Shown here: in pieces, positions 15,001 to 26,162 of the stretch
Numbering within the stretch: position 1 is the stretch's first letter
Layout of the letters: each line of letters begins with the position of its first letter
Assembly (NCBI RefSeq): GCF_006345805.1
Contig: NC_043001.1
Location: 86,614,001-86,678,000 of the forward strand
Direction: 5' to 3'
Source: Octopus sinensis
Taxonomy: Eukaryota
DNA: 64,000 bases
Translations under genes and position numbers: made by a program
The notes under the pieces: model-generated
Databases searched by the model: none
Told to the model about the DNA's origin: nothing
The model's input: only the letters and a program-made list of their open reading frames with translations

Positions 15001-18000
15001 TACCAGAGATGTGAGGTGGTATATCTAAAGGAACTAGTTTCCATCTATTTGTTTGTAACTTATTTATTAAGAGTGAAATCCTTTTGTCATGCATAGTTGA
15101 TTGTACAACTGGTAGCTGACTTGGTGCAGGGCTTGTTATTGTGATATTGTATTTATTTGGCAGTAATTAGATGATTCTATTGGGCCAAAATAAAACTTGA
15201 ATTTAGAAATAAAAAATGAATTAAAAGTTGTAAAGATAGTGAATTAGCCAGGGAAATTAATGACAAAGACTATCTTAAGGAGACAGATCTGGGTGGCCAA
15301 CGATTTTACCTTTGTGTAATTCGTGTCTGCAGGACACAAAAGAGAGCCACGTGGAGTTGTATACACCACTCATTGTTTTCTTTCTTCCATTCATGCTTGC
15401 TCTCTTTTGGTAAGCAACATCCTCATTTTTCTAACATGGACTAGTTCCAGTAGGGAGATGAATGAAGCTCTGTTACAGTGGAGAGAGCTGAGTTTGTCAG
15501 TTCCTGTTACAGTTGAGGATAGATGGAAGCAGAGAGTATGGGACAATTTGCACTCATTACCACTTTCAACTCTCTCCTTAATCAATCTGATCAATTTTCA
15601 AGGGGTCACTTACTTTCTGCTAGTGCAAAATTCTCAGGGGACTGGATTGATGCCTTACCTGTGGCCAACATTGGTGGTCATCTCCGTTTAAATGAACTCC
15701 GCATCTCCATTACACTCAGAATGAGAGTTGGCATCTGAGGGGAACTGAGATATCACTGTGGTAGGCCCCTTGACTCCACAGATCTTCACAGTTAGTCTTG
15801 TCACCTTAATGCTGATTGTTTCACTCATCACACCAAGCTAAACAACCATTAGGTAGGCCCTGGCTTGGGTTAATATCCTCTCGGTTCTGGAGCCAATGGG
15901 ATTATCCAGAAGTGAAGGTAAAAGACCATATGGTCTTACCCTTTGACCCTGGGTAAGGAGGTAGGTGCTTCATCTGGGATATTGCAGACTGTGATTCCTT
16001 TGCTCCCTCCCATATCCCAGATACTGCAGTAAATGGGAGGGTCACTCCTTCTGTAACTGAACGGAACGAAATCATTGAGTGTGCTTGGCTGTTCCAATGC
16101 CTTAGCCTCACCATTACCTGTGGTAATGCCATGAGCACACCAGCTTGTTTCAGTGGGTTCCATTGAACCTTGTGCTGTGTGACTAATTGAGGCACTGTTG
16201 GATCAATGTTTTTTTTCCCTTTTTATCTTTCCCTTTTATTTTTGGCTTTTCTGTTATTTCACTTTTTTCTTTTTTTCTTGTTCCTTTTTTTCCATATTTT
16301 TCTCATGGTTTCAGATTTATATTAATGTTTCGTTTTGGGGTTTGGTTTGCAAGATTCTTTATATGAGTTCATGTGTTGAAGCATATTCTGTTGTTTCTGG
16401 GGAGAGTCATTTTCTTTTTGTACCTTATAATGTAACACACTCACCGGTAAAATTTCCACTTTTTTCTTATTTTTATTTTCCTAAAATTTTTGTTGCATCT
16501 TGCAACCTTTTCAATAGTTTTCAAAACTATTGAAAAGGTTGCAAGACACAATGAAACTTATATCATAAGCACAAAAAGAAAATGACTCTCCCCAGACACA
16601 ATAGAATATTTAATATTATAATAATAATAATAATAATAATAATAATTGTGTACAGTGCTCAGGTGCACTACAACTCATCTAAAGTGTATATATAATCAGG
16701 TGTAGTTTCGGCGGATTTCGGAAAGCATGAGGGCCTTAAAAGATGCAGTGTCATGGCAGTCAACAACTGACGCAGGCAGTTTATTCCATGCTTCAGCAAC
16801 TCTGAGCGTGAAAAAATGTTTCCGAAAGTCATGGGAGCTGTGTTGTTTTCTGACTTTGTAGGCATGTCCACGTGTGTTAGACACATGGAGATCAAAAAGG
16901 TGTTCAGTGTTGTTGTTGGTGAAGTGGTTGATAACTTTGTGGGTGTTTACCAAGTCCGTCGCCAGAGCTTCAGTGAATCCATGCCCAGGGAAACAAGGTG
17001 CTCAGAATATGGTAGGTGTCTGATGGAGGGTATGCGTTTGGTTGCACGTCTCTGGACAGATTCCAGGAGGTCAATGTTCTGAGCAAGATAGGGGTTCCAA
17101 ACTGATGATGCGAATTCCAAGTGTGGTCGTACCATAGCTGTATACAGTTTTAAATAGATGGCTGGAGAGCGGCTAACAAAAGTCTTGCTGAGTGATGCCA
17201 AGACACCCTCGGCCTTCTTGACAGTTTTAGAGATATGCTTTGTCCAACGCAAATCACTACTGACAGTGATGCCTAGGTCACGCTTGCAAGAGGATTTCTT
17301 GATATCAGTGTTGTGGAGGGAGTATGTGGACGCAGGGTTTTTTCTCTCAAAATGCATGGTGGTACACTTGTCCACAGCCAGTTTCAGTTGCCAGTCTGTG
17401 ATCCATTGCTGCATTGTGTCTAGGTCTGATTGCAGGAAAGAGTTGTAGACATCAGGATCTGTCCTCTTGATTTCAAGGTACAGCTTGATGTCGTCTGCAT
17501 ATTTCAATACTGTAGCATTCTTTAAATTGGCATCTATATCATTAATGTATGCGACAAACAAGAGGGGACCAAGGACAGATCCCTGTGGTACACCCGATGA
17601 CATCTCATATGGTGTAGAATGCTGTCCTAGAACTATGACTACCTCCTTTCGGCTGAGAATGAAAGATTTCAACCAGTTAAAAAGGTCATCCCTCACACCC
17701 ATTGCAGAGAGTTTCACCATAAGCCTTTTGTGTGGCACAGAGTTGAAAGCCTTAGCAAAGTCAAGGTAGACAACATCCACCCATGAGCCACTGTCAGTGA
17801 TCTGAGTAATGTCCTCAAGGAACTTGACAAGCTGATCACTGCAGCTGGAGTTAGGGACAAATCCATATTGTGAGGGTCGGATGAGACTGTGAGAGCTCCA
17901 GAAGTTCCAGAGTGTTTCTCTGACGCACGATTCCATCAGTTTTGCAATACAGCTAGTGAGACTGACTGGGCGATAGTTGACAGGTGATGTGCGGTCGCCC

Positions 18001-21000
18001 TTTTTGAACAGAGGAATGACACTGGCAGTTTTCCACTGCTCCGGAGTAGCACCATTGTTGAGATAGTACTGGAAGAAAATAGAAAGCTGGTGTAAAAGGA
18101 AGTACCTGCCACGTTTGAGAAGCAGGTATGTAACTCCATCGAGACCAGGGGAGGCGTAGTTGCGCTTATTTTGAAGGTGACGTCGCAGCATTGCAGGTGT
18201 AAATTCCATAGTTGTTATGGAATTTGCTGTTAGTGATGGTGAAGATGGTACATTTTGACTTTCAACAATGAATATGTTTGCATAGCACTCGGCAATGAGT
18301 TCTGCACATTCCTTGGGGTCGTCAGTGATCTGGTTTGTGTGAGGGTTGCGAAGAGGGCCCACTGGAGAGTGAGGTCTCTGCTTTGAATGCACATATTTCC
18401 AGAAAACCTTGCTGTCAGGATTGGCTGCTATGCACTGTTCAAATTCAAGCACTGCTTTTTTTGTCACTTGCTTGAGATGGTTGGAAGATTTATTCCGCTT
18501 CTTCCTGTTGGTGTCTGATTTATGCAACTTGTATTCCCGTTCAGCAGTCCGACGTTCCTTCCTGGCAAGTCGGACCGCTGAAGTTTCCCAAATTGCCCTT
18601 TTGGGGCGGTTCTTCTTTTTCTGTTTACGTGGCACTGATGCTGCACATGCTGCCCATATTGAGTCCAGGATACTCTGGAGTATAGTATTCACATCTCCAG
18701 AGTTGTAGAATTCACGCCAGTTTGGGTGCTGTAGTTCAGTGTGGTACAGGTTCCAATCTGCTCTCTTCCAATCAAAGGAAGCAGATTGGAGATGGTTCAG
18801 GTTTTTGTTGCCCGCAAGAGCCAGATTGGCGATGATCATAGCATGATCAGAGTCACCTAGAGGTTCCTCCGTAGTGCAATTGATAACCGCTTCAGGAGTT
18901 GTGGTGAAGAGCAGGTCCAAGGTGTTGTCGCCTCTTGTTGGAGAGGTGACTACTTGTGACCAGTTTGAGTCCAGTACAAGCTCATTGTTTTGTATTATAA
19001 ATGTATCATATACATATGTCATATTCCAAAAAAAGTAGCACTGGCAACATACATATATATATTTGTGTGTGTGTGACTAGTAAACTAAATACAATTTACT
19101 ATACACAACCACTTCCACTCCATTTGTTGTTGTGCTACATGGCATATTTATGTCAAGTAGTTAACAATACAATAACCACTTCAAATAAGTTGTAGAAACA
19201 TGATTAGTAGTATTGAGTTAGATGCTATATATCCATCCAGTAATATAGGACATTAAATTTTCTTGTATGTCTTATTTCTATATTACTAATAATAATCACA
19301 ATAAATGAATTAGCCATGGTATAAGCATGCGGCCTAGAAGTTAAGGTATTCAGTTTATGATCATGAGTTCAATTAGTGGATTGGATGGCATGTGTCCTTG
19401 AATATAAAACACATTATTTCACTTTGCTCCATTTCTACTCAGTTGTAAATGAGTACCAGCTGCATGCTGGTGTAACTCTGTCTCTCTGCTGTCAGGCCCA
19501 CAATGGAGTACTGTTCCCATATCAAGGATGTTGTTACTGCACACGCCAACATCGTGGGCAACATTCAGAGGAGGGCCACTCGACAGATTAGTATTCAATC
19601 ACTATCAGATATGCTCCAACCTCTGGCCCACATGTGTACTTGCTTCCTCTCTCAGTCTTTTCTGTTGATATAGTAATATTCTGTTCCTCAGAGTTGGCTG
19701 CTCTCATACCTCCTCCATGCAGGAATCCCACCAACACATCACTTGACCTTTTGTCACCCTTGTTGCCGCTAGGGCTTTGCACTAACCACTACATTCAGTC
19801 CTTTCTCCCCAGGAAATTAACCTTTTGGATAATGTCCAGCTCATGTACTTTTTTCTGGTGTTAACCTGTAACAGTTTAAACAACATTAATAGCATCAAGT
19901 TCACTAATTGCTAAGGGCTTGCAAAGCTTATGGGCACTGCCCTTTCCTCTAGACTCAGCAAGTTAAAAAAAATAATCTAGAAGCACCCAACAACCAGGTA
20001 GTTAGGTGACTGGACTCCCCATTTCAATTAAAATGTAATTCTATAGAAATTCAATTTATTTATACTAAATTCATTAAATATTTATCCCTTTCTGCAGGAT
20101 GTGTTCCTTGTTTATAATGGTAAAAATGCTATTGTCTGGGTTGGTGAAACTGCTTCACCTTCAGAGAAAAAGAATGGCATCCCCTATGCTCATGTAAGTA
20201 TATGCATTTATTTCATATTTGCCAGAATTTTCTAAATTGATCATGATTATCATCGTTTTATCATCTGTTTTCCCATGCTTGCTTGGAAATAGATGGAATT
20301 CATTGAGGCAGATTTTCTACAGCCTGATGACTTTCCTGTCAGCAACCCACACTTTTTTTAAAAAGCAAGATAATATTCCCCATGACTCAGCTTATTTTCA
20401 TGGAATATTGTAAATGAATGGTACCATTTGTATGACTGACACTCATTTACATGTATCAGATGTTGTCAAAAAGAAGATGTGGAAATACCTCACCACACAT
20501 ATATATATATATATATATATATGTATACTTTATTTAAAGCAGCAGAAAATTCAGCAAAATCTGTTACTCTGAGTTTCTCGTTGCCGTTCATCAGACAGTT
20601 TTTGCTAGAATGGAACCGATATATCAATTCAATCTAGACTCTTACAAACGCTACACCTTTAAAAAAAATGGACTTGTTTGATTGGCCCTTTAGAAATAAC
20701 GGTCAATCTTCGAGCGATAAACAAAAAAAGCTCAAAAATATATGTATATATATATAAAAAATTATAAAAATTATAAAATTCGAGGAAAAAAACCTTACAT
20801 TGAATAAAATACATATTGACGTTAATGAAGAAAATATAATTAATGCATAGAAACTAAAACCTATTATAAATATTGCACTGCAATACATATTTATATTAAA
20901 GTGTACATATATATATCAACATACACAGAAGGATGCGTGCAAACGCCATACATATACAGACGTATAAATATAAATCTAAAATATATACATAAATGCATGC

Positions 21001-24000
21001 GTACATATATGCACGCAAGTTAAAATCATCAATGTAGCGATTCTCATATACTGAGTAAAGCTTAAGTAAGGGGGACGTAAAGTTGTATCAGTTAGAGAAA
21101 AAAACGAAAGAAAGGAAGAGAGAGAAAAAGGAACGAAGAAGGGGGAAGGAAAAAAGAAAAAGGAGGGGTGGGGAAAAAACGAAATAAGAAAAATTATGTA
21201 TACAAGCTATGTAACCACGTTATTGACATATATGGAGACAAGTATACAAATACACAAGTTCGGATGGATACATACACATACAGTCGTGTATATGTGTGCT
21301 TAAGCACAAACATACGCTCACTTACACATACACAGATACGCATGCTTACAAATACATATCCATGGCTATACACATACTTATATCAAAATTCTAATTTTTG
21401 ACAACATTGCTTTTTAAAAAAAATGAGTGCAATAATAAAAAAAATATATACGAAAGACATGTAAAATAAAATATAACACCCTATTTTGGATCATCTATAA
21501 ATTAAAAATCAAGGTAATCCTATACAATACAATAACATGAAATAAACAAAGTCGAAGGTTTTTCCTAATGCATATGGAGAAATATAAGACTTTGCTATAC
21601 GGAATGAAATCTGCATAGCGCGAAACAAAATCCATCGTAGCGTTTACATACTAGTTCAAGAGTCAAAATCAAAATTTCAAAATATATACTCTATCCATAT
21701 GGTATATTTATATTCGACATTTTAAATTTAGTTGCGTGCCTACATAAGTTCATTAGCTCACTTCTTTGATTCAAAGAATTATTGTCTTTGAATAAAATGT
21801 ACATTTTTTCTAATAGGCAAAGTTTGCATTTAAAATTATTTCTGTATGCTCCATGCCTGTATGGTGCCGCTCTGTCCAGAATGCTCCATGTCACGTTGAA
21901 AGGTGGGGTTTCCTTTTCTTTTAGTTCCCAGACATATTTTGCTAGGCTGGTCCTCTTCCTATTCTCTGGGTATTTAAATGAATTTTTATGTGAATAAAAT
22001 CGTGTTTGAAATGAATTTTCTGAAGCCCCTGTGTATGTCTTGTATTCCGATGAGCCTTCTACTTGCACCTTGGCTCTATAAACTACTCCTTTCACTAGAC
22101 ATTTCCCTTCTAACGGACAGGAGTTTTCGTTTTTGCAATTGCATTTCTTAATGGGCTCGGCACCATGTCTAATCTCAATTAGCTTCCTATTATGCTGGCT
22201 AATGTAAGAGGCGAAATTTCTGCAACAAGAATAGCTAACCTTCAGGGTTCTTCTATTAAATATCCTATAGAATTTATGACCCTGCTTAAAATGCTTAGAG
22301 ACTAATCTCAAAAATTCCTTACCTATATTAGTCTTTACGGCCAAATTGAAAGCCGGGTTGAACCACAAAACTTTCCTGGTCCTAGTTCTTCGTGCAGCAT
22401 TATTACCAGCATTAAGCTGGTTGTACTGGATCTTCTCAGAGAATCCACTATTCTTTAATGCGCTATCGTAATAAGGTGCAGCATTATGGAATGCTGCCTT
22501 GTCCAAAGAAATTGAAGATATTCTTCTACCTACATTGCTGACTAAGTTCCTAAGGATAACTGGTGGATGGTTCAAATCTTTGCTAATATACGATAGCTTT
22601 TCATTGGGCTTACGGAAAGGTTTAAATCTATCCGGCCTTACATTAAAATTTACGTCTAAAACATCTACACTATTCAGGTTAGCATCTATTGTAACCCGTA
22701 AGCCCATCCTTTGAAAGAAGGCAATGAGGTCCTTCCTAAGTCTATCTGATTCATGGCCGTTTAGATTATGCGTGGCTATAAGGCCGTCATCCCTATATAA
22801 ACCTGCATCTATAAATGGGAATTCTATTTTTAGATTATGGAGAATAAAGGCTCCTATGAGCATACATAACTCAGCCCCATCGTATGCCCCCATCGGTACA
22901 TCGAAAAGAGAATCCTCAGTCTTCTTAATCCAGGTGGAATCCTCGAAAAAAGAAGCGATTTCCTCGCATACATAATAATATCAATTTCCGAGCTATCGAT
23001 GTTGACATACTGCTTGGCGAAGTCCAATGCCCTTAGGAGCAACGTCTTAGATATTGACGGGTAAAGGTCAATAATGTCGAATTGTGTGAAACTACAATTA
23101 TTCTTATAGCTAATACCTTTAAACCACTCTATGACTGACTTACTATTCTTCCAAATTCTCAAGTCTACTTCACTATCTAACTTAACTAAAATACGGTCCA
23201 AAATATTTTTGCTAATAATTCCTATCTCAGTTTTAGCTGGATTTATCAATCTACATTTGGGGTTTCTATTAAAATTGGCTTTATGGTCTTTCAGAGTAAT
23301 AAAAGCTGGTCGTGGTGAAAGATATTCAATCCTATCGCTAATCTTAAGATCGTTAGCTATTCCTCTTGCTTCTAAGTTCACCTCTTTGTATATATTCGTG
23401 TTGTCTTTTTTGTATGTGTCTGTGACACTATTCGAAATCAGGCGCTTATAAACGTCCTTATCAAGTGCATATAAGTTCCTTGTCTTATCAGAATTAACGA
23501 AGATCTTATTCGAGTTGTTGATCTCCTTAATTTTTTCTCTCATATTTCTCTGTAATTGGTTGGTATATTTGCGGAATTTAATTTTCCTAATAAGCTCGAA
23601 AAGGTCTTTCTCGAAGGCTTCTAATTCTGGAATAGGTGGCGGGTTTTTGGGAGATTTAAATCCATATTTGTTTCCTTCTATTTTCTGTTTAGTATCAAAG
23701 AAGAAGGCTTTCCATCTCAATCTTCGAATAAACTCTTCCGTTTTCTCTATAAGACCTTTGAGATATTGCTTCTGTGCAGGGATAGGTATATTATTTTTCT
23801 GAGAAAAATCCAGCGGGTAAAGTTCCATCTTTTTCAGCTGTTTGTTCTTCCTACTTGTGCAGAGTCGCTCAAACTTTTATAAGGAGCGGGTTACACCGGA
23901 GTAAACACATAAATGTGAAACAAGGTGGAAAAAAGAGTACTCAAATACCAGTGGTAGAGTAATATGCTTTATTTAAAGCAGCAGAAAATTCAACAAAATC

Positions 24001-26127
24001 TGTTACTCTGAGTTTCTCGTTGCCGTTCATCAGACAGTTTTTGCTAGAATGGAACCGATATATCAATTCAATCTAGACTCTTACAAACGCTACACCTTTA
24101 AAAAAAATGGACTTGTTTGATTGGCCCTTTAGAAATAACGGTCAATCTTCGAGCGATAAACAAAAAAAGCTCAAAAATATATGTATATATATATAAAAAA
24201 TTATAAAAATTATAAAATTCGAGGAAAAAACCTTACATTGAATAAAATACATATTGACGTTAAGGAAGAAAGTATAATTAATGCATAGAAATTAAAACCT
24301 ATTATAAATATTACACTGCAATACATATTTATATTAAAGTGTACATATATATATCAACATACACAGAAGGATGCATGCAAACGCCATACATATACAGACG
24401 TATAAATATAAATCTAAAATATACACATAAATGCATGCGTACATATATGCACGCAATCTATCTCGCACGCAAGTTAAAATCATCGATGTAGCGATTCTCA
24501 TATACTGAGTAAAGCTTAAGCAAGGGGGACATAAAGTTGTATCAGTATCAGTTAGAGAAAAAAACGAAAGAAAGGAAGAGAGAGAAAAAGAACGAAGAAG
24601 GGGGAAATTCTAATTTTTGACAACATTGCTTTTTAAAAAAAATGAGTGCAATAATAAAAAAAATATATACGATAGACATAACAAATTTATTTTAATATGG
24701 GGTACAACGTTTGAATTGTTTCCAAATGAATTTTTCTCCATTCTTCAGCTCAAACAGTCTCCAGTTCTTGTAGTGATGATGGTGGAGGATATCAACTCCT
24801 TGTTTTTCTAACATGTACCATAAATGCTCAATAATATTGAGTTCTGGGGACTGTTGTGGCCAGATAAGATGTTCAACTTCACTAGAATGTTCCTTGTGCC
24901 ATTCAGTAACAATGTAAGTTGTGTGAATTGGTGCATTATCATCCTGAAAGATTGTGTTTCCCTTCGGAAACAGTTCCGCAACCATAGGATGAATTTGATC
25001 AGAAAAAATACTTGAAAAGTCTTGTCTATTAATTCTGTCATGAAGGGAAACCATTGGGCTGGTGGATTTCCAAGATATAGACACCCCACCCCCACCCCGC
25101 CGATCATTACAGATCCTCCTCCATGTTTAACAGTTGGAAGAAGGTAGTCTGAGTCAAATGCTTCTTTTGGCCGTCTCCACACGTATACCTGGCCAGTGGT
25201 CAGAAATAAGGTAAAGCATAACTTATCCAAGAAAATAAGTCTGCCACTGCCCTAGGGACCAATTCTGTAGGTTTTTACTCCACTCTAAATGCTTTGCAAT
25301 GTTTGTTTTCGGAAGTAGTAGTTTTCTGATTGCAGCCCATCCATGAAATCCGGCTTTGTGCAGCACCTGGTGAACAGTTTTTGTGGAAACTGGGTTCTCA
25401 AGGTGGTCATTAAGCTCTGCAGTAATTTTGGGAGCTGTACTTTTGTGATACTTTCTAACAATTCACATAAGAGTCTGACGGTCCCTATCTGAAAGTTTCA
25501 ATTTTCTTCCAGGGTTTTGCTTTAACAAGGTTTTTTTCTCTTTTTCTCAAAGGCTGTCATTACTTTCGAGACAGTACTTCTTGAAACACCAAACACTTTG
25601 GCTGTTTTCATTATGCTAGCACCTGCTATATGAGCACCAACAATTTGACCTCTTTGAAAGTCCAATAGATCCTTCATTTTAATGAATTTTAGTTACCTTT
25701 TTCTGATGATATCTGAAAAGAAACAGCAATTTTAGCAAAACATATCAAGTAACACTAATAATAAATTAAAAACCATAAAAATAAACAAGCTTTTGATGGT
25801 TTTATAGATATTTCAAAATTATGATGCTATGATGCTAGAGGTTTCCATTATTTTGTCCAACCCCTGTATATATATTTCTTTACTACTCACAAGGGGCTAA
25901 ACATAGAGGGGACAAACAAGGACGGACAAAGGGATTAACGATTACATCAACCCGAGTGTGAAACTGGTACTTTATTTATCGACCCGAAAGGATGAAAGGC
26001 AAAGTCGACCTTGGCGGAATATGAACTCAGAACATAACGACAGATGAAATACCGCTAAGCATTTTGCCTGACGCGCTAACATTTCTGCCAGCTTGCCTCC
26101 TTCAACCCCTGTATATATATATGTATG

Positions 26128-26162
<35 letters not shown>

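Larger units (their letters stand above)
20528..24672 (-). mobile_element. Near full-length Penelope-like element of the Naiad type, with tandem pLTRs
   Basis: Direct repeats 20528-~21150 and 23967-~24605; ORF 23828-21691 encodes RT and GIY-YIG; AATAAA near the pLTR 3' end; 3' end abuts (TA)n. Confidence 0.92.

Noticed and set aside
22930-22960. Programmed ribosomal frameshift in the Naiad ORF
   Set aside because: There is no in-frame X XXY YYZ slippery heptamer, PLEs normally have a single ORF, and a 1-nt loss in a homopolymer explains it.
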